IMG/VR virus record: IMGVR_UViG_3300031519_000113
Location: 1 to 33,409 of that record
Source: a virus
Lineage: Duplodnaviria > Caudoviricetes
Length of the DNA: 33,409 nt
Reading direction: 5' to 3' (one strand)
A program made the translations under genes and the position numbers. The notes under the pieces are model-generated. The model ran no database searches. It was not told where the DNA came from and was given only the letters and a program-made list of their open reading frames with translations. Position 1 is the stretch's first letter; every line of letters starts with the position of its first letter. Shown in pieces: positions 21,405 through 30,416 of the stretch.

Positions 21405-24400
21405 TGGCAAGGTTTCCACAAAGTTTTAATAGAACTAGCAGTCCTTTTGCTAGTACTTTTGACGAGCCTGAGTTTGAAGTCAGGCCTGCTCCTGCTGCTC
21501 CTGCTCCTACGGCACCTAAGCCTAAAGCCCCTGCGCCTTATGATGACAGCAATCCTCCTTATCCTAGAGCAACACCTAAGCCTCCTGTAGCTCCTGTAGC
21601 TCCTGTAGCTCCTGTAGCTCCTGTAGCTCCTGTAGCTCCTGTAGCTTTGCCAACAAGAACAACAGACGGTTTGTTTTCAGACCTTATACCTAAGCCTACA
21701 ACTCCTACAATAGACCCTTGGGATGATTCTAATATTTATGATCCTAAGCCTTCTCCTACAATTACGCCTACAATTACGCCTACAATCACGCCTACACCTG
21801 CTGAACCCTCTGATGAACCTGTTACACCTGAAGAGTGGACACTACCTGAGTACGCTTATGGTATTAAAGTTTCTGATGATCCTGCATTAGCAGCGGCACT
21901 ACAGCGTCAGCATGATAACCCTAACCAAAGATTCCCTTTACTTGAACACTACGAAAAATTATATCAAGCAAATACCTACGAGTGGGGCGAAGCAACACAG
22001 TATACATCAGCGGAAGAAGGTTTGTCTAATTATGGTACTGAATATGAAAACATGGAAGAACAGTTCCGCGAGCATACTGTTTTTAATAATGCACAACTAT
22101 ATAGAAACGAACAAGAACAACAAGAAAACTTAGGTTACAACCCTGCAGGTATTAACGCAACATCAGAAAGGATGCTTGCTTATTTAGAAGCAAACAACAT
22201 TCCTTTATCTAAAGAAATAGGTGGTCAGACAGTTTACCTTAATCTTGGTAAAGATTTAATGCAAGCACCGGCAGACCAGATTTATTATGGTGATTCTGGT
22301 CTTGATCCCACAGACGACCAAGGTGGGCGCGGAGATAACTTAGGAAAGTTTACAAACTTTGGAGAAGTAGGTACTTATTCTACAGTTTACATAGCACCTG
22401 AGAGTGATTGGGACAACCCTTGGATGCAAGCTATGGGTGTAGTTTTCCCACAGTTCGGTGCTATGCTTGCAGCTATGAAGGGTTTGTCAGGTGAAACATT
22501 GCATGGGGATGATTGGCTTGCAATGACAGGTGCTTTTGAAGGCGCACCTAATTTTGGTGACATGTCTCCAGAACAAGTTAATAATTTAATTGGAGAGGTT
22601 CAAGATGTTTACAACGAATCTCAAGTAGAAGATGATGAACAAGACGAACTAGAAGCAGCTATACAGGCAGCTATACAGGCAGCTATAGATAGCGGATCAG
22701 AATCAATTTTTGATGAAGATGGGAATATAATTTATCCAACAGGAACTTTACCTGAAGGGCCAGATGATGGCCCTGAAATAGAACCTTATCCTTATGATGA
22801 AGAACCTATTGTAGCTGATCCTATTGTTGTTGGTGAAACAGATGCTGATGCTGCTGCAGATGCTGCACAAGCAGAAGCAGAAGCTCAGGCACAAGCAGAA
22901 GCTCAGGCACAAGCAGAGGCTCAAGCACAAGCAGAAGCAGAAGCTCAAGCACAAGCAGAGGCTCAGGTTGCTGCAGATGCTCAGGCCGCTGCAGATGCTC
23001 AGGCACAAGCTGAAGCAGATGCTCAAGCACAAGCAGAAGCAGAAGCTCAGGCCGCTGCAGAAGCAGAAGCAGAAGCAGAAGCAGAAGCTCAGGCCGCTGC
23101 AGATGCAGAGGCTCAGGCAGCTGCTCAAGCTGCTGCAGATGCACAGGCTGCCGCAGATGACGCAGCAATACAAGCGGCCTTAGATGCTGAAAATGAAGCT
23201 GCTGCTCAGGCTGCTGCTGATGCTCAGGCTGCCGCAGACGCTGCTGCTCAGGCCGCTGCAGATGCTCAAGCTGCTGCAGATGCTCAGGCCGCTGCAGATG
23301 CTGAGGCCGCTGATGAAGCTGAAGGAACAGGCGGTGAAGGTGGTGAAGAAGGTAACAATACAGGCGAAGATGCTGAGGATGAAGGTGAAGGAGTAGCAGA
23401 AGAAGAAGACCCTGAACCCACAGATGTAAGGACAAGACAAGTACCTAACCCTGATTTTAATCCTGAAGTACATGATAGCAGTATTCAACGTCAAATATAT
23501 GAAGCTGTTTTAAACGAAACAGACCCTGCAATGAGGGAAGCTTTAGAAGCAGAATATGAAAACATGGGTGGGCATCACTCTGAAGAGTTGTCAAACAATC
23601 AGTCTTATGATGATACTTATGGTAATTACCCTCCTGACTACATACAAGAAGAATACGACTATGAAACTTTTAATGAAGACGTTTTTGCTTCTCAGTATCC
23701 TGATGGATTTTTAGGTGGTTCTTTTAATGATTTAGATTCTAATAATGATGGTCTTGTTAGTGAAGACGAGTTGTACGATTGGGAGCATAATGTTTCTGGA
23801 GAAACTGAAGAAAACATAGATGATATTTTACAAAATGTAACTAACAGTGTTCAACAAGCTCAAGCTGTTGCTGAGGCATTAGCGGAGGCACAGATAGAAG
23901 CTGACGCAGCTTTAGCGGAAGCTCAAGCACAGGCACAGGCTGCTGCGGATGCTCAGGCTGCTGCAGAAGCAGAGGCAGCTCAGGCAATTGCGGATGCTCA
24001 AGAAGCTCAGGCTGCTCAGGCTGCTGCGGATGCACAAGCAGTTGCGGATGCTGAGGCTGCTGCAGAACAAGCTACTGCAGATGCTGCACAAGCAATTGAG
24101 GATGCTGAGGCTGCTGCAGAACAAGCTGCTGCAGACGCTGCTCAAGCAGTTGCGGATGCTGAGGCTGCTCAAGCTGCAGCTGAAGCACAGGCTGAAGCTG
24201 CTGCTCAGGCACAAGCAGAGGCTGAGGCTGCAGCGGAAGCAGCTGCTGAAGATGCTGCAGATGCTCAAGCTGCACAGGCTGCAGCAGAAGCTCAGGCACA
24301 AGCTGATATTGCTGCTGCAGACGCTGCTCAAGCACTTGAAGATGCAGAAGCTGCACAGGCTGCTGCAGATGCTCAGGCTGCTGTAGAAGCAGATGCTGCA

Positions 24401-25744
24401 GAGGCAATTGCGGATGCTGAGGCTGCTGCAGAACAAGCTGCTGCAGACGCTGCTCAGGCAATTGCGGATGCTCAAGCTGCTGCAGATGCTCAAGCTGCTA
24501 CAGATGCACAGGCAGTTGCAGATGCTCAAGCTGCTGCAGATGCTCAAGCTGCTACAGATGCACAGGCAGTTGCGGATGCTCAGGCTGCTCAAGCAGAAGC
24601 AGAAGCAGAAGCTCAGGCTGCTGCAGATGCTCAAGCACAAGCTGAGGCAGATGCTGCGGAAGCAGTTGCTGACGCGCAAGCTGACGTTACAGATGCTGAG
24701 GCTGCTCAGGCACAAGCTGAAGCAGATGCTGCTGCTGCCGCAGATGCTCAAGCACAAGCTGAAGCAGATGCTCAGGCTGCTACGGATGCTCAAGCACAAG
24801 CTGAAGCAGATGCTCAGGCTGCCGCAGATGCTCAAGCACAAGCTGAAGCTGATGCTGCTGAAGCAATTGCAGATGCTGAGGCTGCTCAGGCACAAGCAGA
24901 AGCAGATGCTGATGCTGCTGCAGATGCTCAAGCAAAAGCAGAAGCACAGGCAAAAGCGGCTGCTGAAGCACAGGCTGAAGCAGAAGCACAAGCACAAGCC
25001 GCAGAAACTGCTGCAGATAATTTAGCTGCTGAAGCTGCCCAGAACGCTGCTGATGCTGCTGATGATTTAGCACAGGCTGAGGCAGAGGCTGCTGAGGCTG
25101 CTGCTGACGCTGCTAAGGCTGCTGAAAAAGCAGCACAAGATGCTCAAGATGCTGCTGATGCTTTAGCTGAAGCAGAAGCAGAGGCTGCTCAGGCTGCCGC
25201 TGATGCTCAGGCTGCTGCTGAGGCTGCTGCAGAGGCTTCTGAAAAAGCAATAGCTGAAGCTGCTCAGGCTGCTGCAGATGCACAGGCTGCCGCAGAAAAT
25301 GCAGCTGCAGAAGCAAAAGCCATAGCTGACGCTAATGCAGAAGCTGCTGCTGAAGCTCAGGCTGCTGCGGATGCTCAGGCACGTTCCGATAGTTTAGATG
25401 CCGCTATTAACGCGGTGGGTAACGGAACTGGTACTGGAACTGGTAGCGGATCAGGTTCAGGTTCAGGCTCAGGTTCTGGTTCAGGCTCAGGTTCTGGCAT
25501 GGGAGGTGGCGGTACAAGAACTACTGATTCTTTATTTAAAGATATGCTTACTTTAAAAACAAAAGTAGCTGACACTCAACAAGCATTAGCTTTTGATCGT
25601 TATGTCCCACAAGAGCAAGCTGCTGCTTCTTCAGCACGAAATGATATTTTACAACAGTTTATAAACTCACAACAACAAACAGCTTCTCCTAGACGACAAG
25701 GTATGCTAACAGATGCTAAACCAACAAGAAGGTTCCCTTACTAA
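21404..25744 (+). CDS. giant low-complexity acidic Ala/Gln/Asp/Glu-rich protein with EF-hand-like loop
   Basis: 1446-aa ORF coupled (TAATG) to both neighbours; Pro-rich N-terminus, two Ala-rich repeat blocks, Gly-Ser tail. Confidence 0.85.
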   Translation: MARFPQSFNRTSSPFASTFDEPEFEVRPAPAAPAPTAPKPKAPAPYDDSNPPYPRATPKPPVAPVAPVAPVAPVAPVAPVALPTRTTDGLFSDLIPKPTTPTIDPWDDSNIYDPKPSPTITPTITPTITPTPAEPSDEPVTPEEWTLPEYAYGIKVSDDPALAAALQRQHDNPNQRFPLLEHYEKLYQANTYEWGEATQYTSAEEGLSNYGTEYENMEEQFREHTVFNNAQLYRNEQEQQENLGYNPAGINATSERMLAYLEANNIPLSKEIGGQTVYLNLGKDLMQAPADQIYYGDSGLDPTDDQGGRGDNLGKFTNFGEVGTYSTVYIAPESDWDNPWMQAMGVVFPQFGAMLAAMKGLSGETLHGDDWLAMTGAFEGAPNFGDMSPEQVNNLIGEVQDVYNESQVEDDEQDELEAAIQAAIQAAIDSGSESIFDEDGNIIYPTGTLPEGPDDGPEIEPYPYDEEPIVADPIVVGETDADAAADAAQAEAEAQAQAEAQAQAEAQAQAEAEAQAQAEAQVAADAQAAADAQAQAEADAQAQAEAEAQAAAEAEAEAEAEAQAAADAEAQAAAQAAADAQAAADDAAIQAALDAENEAAAQAAADAQAAADAAAQAAADAQAAADAQAAADAEAADEAEGTGGEGGEEGNNTGEDAEDEGEGVAEEEDPEPTDVRTRQVPNPDFNPEVHDSSIQRQIYEAVLNETDPAMREALEAEYENMGGHHSEELSNNQSYDDTYGNYPPDYIQEEYDYETFNEDVFASQYPDGFLGGSFNDLDSNNDGLVSEDELYDWEHNVSGETEENIDDILQNVTNSVQQAQAVAEALAEAQIEADAALAEAQAQAQAAADAQAAAEAEAAQAIADAQEAQAAQAAADAQAVADAEAAAEQATADAAQAIEDAEAAAEQAAADAAQAVADAEAAQAAAEAQAEAAAQAQAEAEAAAEAAAEDAADAQAAQAAAEAQAQADIAAADAAQALEDAEAAQAAADAQAAVEADAAEAIADAEAAAEQAAADAAQAIADAQAAADAQAATDAQAVADAQAAADAQAATDAQAVADAQAAQAEAEAEAQAAADAQAQAEADAAEAVADAQADVTDAEAAQAQAEADAAAAADAQAQAEADAQAATDAQAQAEADAQAAADAQAQAEADAAEAIADAEAAQAQAEADADAAADAQAKAEAQAKAAAEAQAEAEAQAQAAETAADNLAAEAAQNAADAADDLAQAEAEAAEAAADAAKAAEKAAQDAQDAADALAEAEAEAAQAAADAQAAAEAAAEASEKAIAEAAQAAADAQAAAENAAAEAKAIADANAEAAAEAQAAADAQARSDSLDAAINAVGNGTGTGTGSGSGSGSGSGSGSGSGSGMGGGGTRTTDSLFKDMLTLKTKVADTQQALAFDRYVPQEQAAASSARNDILQQFINSQQQTASPRRQGMLTDAKPTRRFPY
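21584..21646 (+). repeat. perfect 9-bp tandem repeat (CCTGTAGCT)x7 encoding (PVA)7
   Basis: Counted directly. Confidence 0.95.
22840..23320 (+). repeat. degenerate coding repeat block 1 (AEAQAQ / DAQAAA)
   Basis: Recurring GCAGAAGCTCAGGCACAA and GATGCTCAGGCCGCTGCA 18-bp units; boundaries approximate. Confidence 0.9.
23850..25385 (+). repeat. degenerate coding repeat block 2 (18-, 42- and 54-bp units)
   Basis: Recurring [13 protein letters not shown](T/A), [16 protein letters not shown](I/V)A and [18 protein letters not shown] units; boundaries approximate. Confidence 0.9.
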
Positions 25745-26388
25745 TGACATACTTACAACTTGTAAACAGCGTACTGCGTAGAATTAGAGAAGATGAAGTC
25801 TCAAGTGTTTCTCAAAATAATTACTCAAAGCTTATAGGGGAGTTTGTTAATGATGCTAAACGTACAGTAGAAGACTCTTATGATTGGACTGCCTTACGTA
25901 CTACATTAACTGTTTCTACTATTGATTCAGTTTTTAACTATACTTTGATTGGTTCTCAAAACAAAATGAAGATTCTTGATGTCGTTAATGACACATCTAA
26001 CTTCTTTATGCAGTATAAGTCTTCTCACTGGATGAACAATGCTTTTTTAATTGATGATGTTCCTAAAGGAACACCTCAGTTTTATAGCTTTAATGGTGTA
26101 AACGCTAATGGCGACAATGGTGTAGATTTATATCCTAAGCCTGATAAAGTATATCAAGTAAGGTTTAACGTAGTATTACGTACACATGATTTTACAGCAG
26201 ATTCAGACATATTAAGCATCCCTTCTTCTCCTGTAGTTCAAATAGCAACTGCTTTGGCTGCAAGAGAGCGTGGTGAAACTGGCGGTACTAGCGCAGCAGA
26301 GTTGTTTGGTTTAGCTGATAGGACACTATCTGATGCTATTGCTTTTGATGCAGCACAACATCCTGAAGAAACTATCTGGTACTCTTAA
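25744..26388 (+). CDS. head-tail adaptor / tail tubular protein A-like
   Basis: [17 protein letters not shown]-terminus, W..LR and LYPKPD motifs; size and position. Confidence 0.75.
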   Translation: MTYLQLVNSVLRRIREDEVSSVSQNNYSKLIGEFVNDAKRTVEDSYDWTALRTTLTVSTIDSVFNYTLIGSQNKMKILDVVNDTSNFFMQYKSSHWMNNAFLIDDVPKGTPQFYSFNGVNANGDNGVDLYPKPDKVYQVRFNVVLRTHDFTADSDILSIPSSPVVQIATALAARERGETGGTSAAELFGLADRTLSDAIAFDAAQHPEETIWYS

Positions 26389-27924
26389 ATGGCACAACAA
26401 TTACAAAACATTACAGTAGCAGCACCGGCTTTCTTTGGTCTTAACACACAGGACTCTCCTATTGGTGTCAACCCTTCGTTTGCCTCTGTTGCTGACAACT
26501 GTGTTATTGATAAGCTAGGGCGTATTGGCGCGCGTAAAGGTTGGGATGTTGTTTCTACTAATGGTTCTTCTGTATTAGGAAGTAGCCGTGGTATAGAAAC
26601 AGTGTTTGAGTTTGTAGATCAAAGCGGAACTAAGGTAGTCATATCTGCAGGTAACAATAAAATATTTAAAGGCACTAGTACTCTTGTAGACATTACACCT
26701 AGTGGTTATACCCCAACAGCTAATAACTGGAAGTGTGTTACCTTTAACAATCACTTGTATATGGTACAGTTAGGACATCAACCTTTGCTCGCTACGGATG
26801 AGTCAGGGTCTTTTGTACTAGAGGCTGTAGCTGACCACTCACATTCTACAGGTACAATGCCTATAGCTAATGAAGCCTTAGCTGCTTTTGGTAAGTTATG
26901 GGTTACAGATATTGTAGGTAACAAGCACACAATCTATTGGAGTGATACACTTAATGGTCATGCTTGGACAGGCGGTGCTTCAGGAAGTCTTAATCTAACA
27001 ACTGTTTGGCCTACTGGTCACGATGAGGTAGTTGCACTAGCTGCTCATAACAACTTCTTAGTAATCTTTGGCAAGAAGTCTATACTTGTGTACTCAGGAG
27101 CATCTTCTCCTGCTACTATGACCCTTGCGGATACTGTAGAGGGCGTGGGTTGTATAGCGCGTGACTCAGTACAGCATACAGGGACTGATATTTTATTCTT
27201 GTCGGACTCAGGTGTGCGTAGCTTTGGTAGGACTATACAAGAAAAGTCTATGCCCATGCGTGACATTAGTAAGAATGTTCGTACTGATTTAATGCATTTA
27301 GTACCTTTACAAAATAATGCTATTAAGTCTATATACAGCGCAGATGAAGCATTTTATCTTTTAACATTACCGGATAGTAACTTAGTGTTTTGTTTTGACA
27401 TGCGGTCTCCTTTGGAAGATGGGTCACAACGAGCAACAACGTGGTCTAGTCTTTTGCCTTTGTCTATGGAAGTGCTTGAGGATGGTTCAATATACTTTGG
27501 TCTTGTTTCAGGGATAGTCAAGTATAATGGTTATTTAGACGGAACAAATAAGTATCAGATGCGTTACTTTAGTAATCCAATGGACTTTGGTAACTCTTCT
27601 AACTTAAAGTTTTTAAAGAAGTTTAACATTACTGTTATTGGTGGTCAGAATACTAACTCTACTTTAAGTTGGGGTTATGATTATAGTACTAACTATACTA
27701 AACAAGTGTTTAGTTTAACAGGCACAAGTAATGCAGGGGAATACGGTATTTCAGAATACAATACAACCGCAGAATATACAGCCTCTGCTGTAATTAACAC
27801 ACCAAAAGTCAACACTAGTGGTAGCGGTGAAGTAGTGACTATTGGTATTGAATCTGAGCTTAACGGTTCAGCCTTTTCCATTCAAAAAATTGACATACAC
27901 GCTCTACTAGGGAGACTCATTTAA
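26389..27924 (+). CDS. tail nozzle / packaged-DNA stabilisation protein (P22 gp10 / T7 gp12-like)
   Basis: 511 aa, beta-rich; GLNTQDSP, IYWSD and GVGCIARDSV motifs; follows the adaptor gene. Confidence 0.75.
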   Translation: MAQQLQNITVAAPAFFGLNTQDSPIGVNPSFASVADNCVIDKLGRIGARKGWDVVSTNGSSVLGSSRGIETVFEFVDQSGTKVVISAGNNKIFKGTSTLVDITPSGYTPTANNWKCVTFNNHLYMVQLGHQPLLATDESGSFVLEAVADHSHSTGTMPIANEALAAFGKLWVTDIVGNKHTIYWSDTLNGHAWTGGASGSLNLTTVWPTGHDEVVALAAHNNFLVIFGKKSILVYSGASSPATMTLADTVEGVGCIARDSVQHTGTDILFLSDSGVRSFGRTIQEKSMPMRDISKNVRTDLMHLVPLQNNAIKSIYSADEAFYLLTLPDSNLVFCFDMRSPLEDGSQRATTWSSLLPLSMEVLEDGSIYFGLVSGIVKYNGYLDGTNKYQMRYFSNPMDFGNSSNLKFLKKFNITVIGGQNTNSTLSWGYDYSTNYTKQVFSLTGTSNAGEYGISEYNTTAEYTASAVINTPKVNTSGSGEVVTIGIESELNGSAFSIQKIDIHALLGRLI

Positions 27925-28157
27925 TGTCCAACTATACAAAGACTACTAACTTTGCGACTAAAGACTCTCTCAGTTCGGGTGATGCGAACAAGATTGTTAA
28001 AGGTGCTGAAATTGACACAGAATTCAACAACATTGCCATAGCTAGTGCTACTAAAGCCAACACAGCTGAACCTACATTTACAGGGACAGTTACTGCTCCT
28101 ACTGTAGTTGTTACAGGCACATTAACGGCTAACACAATTACTGGAGGAGCGTACTAA
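27924..28157 (+). CDS. small tail protein (possible needle/plug-like)
   Basis: MSNYTKTTNF..KD...KIVKGAEIDTEFNNIA.A..TKAN motif; position after the nozzle gene. Confidence 0.6.
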   Translation: MSNYTKTTNFATKDSLSSGDANKIVKGAEIDTEFNNIAIASATKANTAEPTFTGTVTAPTVVVTGTLTANTITGGAY

Positions 28158-29134
28158 TGGGTATTTATGGAAATCCTAATCAAAATCCCGCAATAGGTTT
28201 TGGTGTTCCGTCTCCTGACTTAGCCCCGAACACACCGGCAACTGGCGGTTTTTTTGATAACTTTAATTTTGGGGATGCTTTGAGAGGAGGAGCTTCCTAC
28301 TACTTAGGCTCTGAAAACATAGACGCTGCAAAACAGTTAGGAAGAGAAGCGCAAGAAGGTATGGGAGCTTTGGCTGCCACTGCTCAAGAAGGTACTGCAT
28401 TTAAACCTTATACTGTAACTAGTGGTTTAGCTAACGTAGGCACAACTGCTGAAGGTGGTTATGGTATCAGCCTATCTCCTGAGCAAGAGGCTCTACAGCG
28501 ACAGCTAATGGGTCAAGCAGCAGGTTTGTTTGGTCAAGTAGGTCAAGACCCTGCAGCACAGCAATCAGCTATCTACGAGCAACTAAGGGCTACTCAGCGG
28601 CCTGAAGAACAACGTCAGCGTTTAGCTACCGAAGAGCGTATGCTTTCTCAGGGTCGATTAGGTATGCAGTCTAATGCTTATGGGGGTGCTTCTCCTGAAC
28701 TATTAGCACAGGAAACTGCTCGTCAGGAAGCAATGAGTCGTGCCAATATAGGAGCAAGACAGCAAGCTTTAGCAGAGCAACAGCAAGCTTTAGCCGGAGG
28801 ACAAGGGTTACTACAGGCAGGCTACTCTCCACAACAGCAAGCATTAGCTATGTTGCAAGGAAGTGCAGTACCTGCAGGATATGCAGATATTGGACGTAGA
28901 ACAGGTGCAGAACTAGGTTCTCAATTAAACTTGGGTGGTTTAGAAGGTCGTTTAGGTGCTGAAGATTTAGCAAACAGATTACAACTACAGCAGGGACAAG
29001 GAGTCCTAAACGCTCTACTAGGGCAGTCTGTTAACCCTATGCAGCAAGCTCAGTTAGATAAGATTTATGGAGAGTTAGGAATACCAACGCCTGACTTAGG
29101 TGGTTTGTTTGGTAGTATATTTGGAGGGGGCTAA
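28157..29134 (+). CDS. probable internal virion / DNA ejection protein 1
   Basis: Gly/Gln/Ala-rich, helical, no Cys; position equivalent to podovirus ejection genes. Confidence 0.62.
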   Translation: MGIYGNPNQNPAIGFGVPSPDLAPNTPATGGFFDNFNFGDALRGGASYYLGSENIDAAKQLGREAQEGMGALAATAQEGTAFKPYTVTSGLANVGTTAEGGYGISLSPEQEALQRQLMGQAAGLFGQVGQDPAAQQSAIYEQLRATQRPEEQRQRLATEERMLSQGRLGMQSNAYGGASPELLAQETARQEAMSRANIGARQQALAEQQQALAGGQGLLQAGYSPQQQALAMLQGSAVPAGYADIGRRTGAELGSQLNLGGLEGRLGAEDLANRLQLQQGQGVLNALLGQSVNPMQQAQLDKIYGELGIPTPDLGGLFGSIFGGG

Positions 29135-29138
29135 TACA

Positions 29139-30416
29139 ATGGCAAATAGAGATTTAGTAGGAATGCTTACAGGCATTAACTCAGCACAAAGACCTAATCC
29201 AAACGCAAGCTCAGATGATTGGCGTATGCAATTTGGTGAACAACAGGCTCAAAACCTTAACGTTGCAACAGGAAAACCTACTCCTGAACAAGCTATCCAA
29301 ATGGGCATGGGAAAGTTAAACCTAAACACAGTTGACGGTTTAAAAACTATGGCTCAGATGCAACAGCTGCGTGGTGATATGGCAGGAGCTGCTAAGACTG
29401 CTTCTATGATTCAAGCTATGAGGCAAGCACCTCTTGATGCTGCTGAAAAGAAGCGGATAGATGAACGTGATTATGATTTAAGAAAAAGGGAAGTAGAAGT
29501 TAAAGAAAGAAGCCCCGATATTAAAAACCCTGCGTTAATTCAGGAATATAACTTTGCTAAGAATGAAGGTTACGAAGGTACTTTTATGGAGTTTGTAGCT
29601 GCTAAAAAGTCACCTCTAGTTTCTACTCAAAACACCCCTCAACAACAAAGAGACACCCAGAGAATAGCTGCTCAAAGTAAGTTATACGAGAGGACACAAG
29701 AACAAATACCTGCGGCTCAAAAAAACCTAGGAACAGCAAAAGGTATTTTAGGTATTGTTTCTTCAGGTGAGGCCACTGGGCAAGCAGGAGCAACTGTTGC
29801 TAGTTTTGCAACATCTATACAAAGCACCTTAGAAGTTCTTGGTATAGCTGTTCCAGAAGAAATAGCAACCAAATCAGGTACTTTGGCACAAATGAAAAGG
29901 TATGCAGGAGAAGCTTTAATGCCTTTTATTGAACAACAAGGTAGAGGCTTCACTGACACAGAAAGAGAATATTTTTTAAAGAATGTTATTGCAGGTTATG
30001 ACCAACCTTGGCAGTTTAATGATGCTTACGGTACAGTTTTACTAAGCAAGTCTTTATCGGAAATAGAACAAAATAATTTTGCTTATGCAGTTTCTATTTC
30101 AGATGATTTGTTAGACAAACCCCCTCAAAATCTATGGTCAGATTATGAACGAAAAGTGCCACGTTTAAAAGTAGGCACTAAGACTAGAGGCGGTAAGAGT
30201 TATGAAGGTGCGATTGTTATTCAAGATAATGAAAACCTTAGCCAATACTGGACTAAAGAGTCTCCTAAAGGATTTAAAGTCGCTAACGGAGAAAACCCTC
30301 CTATAGAGTATGCTTGGGAAGACTTAGAAAAAACCGCTAAATATCGTAATCAAACTGTGCGTGAACTGTTAGTTGATTTTTCTAGGGGCGGTGATTTAAT
30401 AGGGGGCATATACTAA
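29139..30416 (+). CDS. probable internal virion / DNA ejection protein 2
   Basis: 425 aa from ATG 29139 (SD GGAGG); helical; QEYNFAK.EGYEGTFMEF repeat-like motif. Confidence 0.62.
   Translation: MANRDLVGMLTGINSAQRPNPNASSDDWRMQFGEQQAQNLNVATGKPTPEQAIQMGMGKLNLNTVDGLKTMAQMQQLRGDMAGAAKTASMIQAMRQAPLDAAEKKRIDERDYDLRKREVEVKERSPDIKNPALIQEYNFAKNEGYEGTFMEFVAAKKSPLVSTQNTPQQQRDTQRIAAQSKLYERTQEQIPAAQKNLGTAKGILGIVSSGEATGQAGATVASFATSIQSTLEVLGIAVPEEIATKSGTLAQMKRYAGEALMPFIEQQGRGFTDTEREYFLKNVIAGYDQPWQFNDAYGTVLLSKSLSEIEQNNFAYAVSISDDLLDKPPQNLWSDYERKVPRLKVGTKTRGGKSYEGAIVIQDNENLSQYWTKESPKGFKVANGENPPIEYAWEDLEKTAKYRNQTVRELLVDFSRGGDLIGGIY

Noticed and set aside
22748-25575. Many long alternative-frame and antisense ORFs (Cys/Leu/Ser- or Leu/Gln-rich) over the giant gene
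   Set aside because: Shadows of GCT/GCA/CAA/GAT repeats that lack stops in other frames; no SD or coupling.
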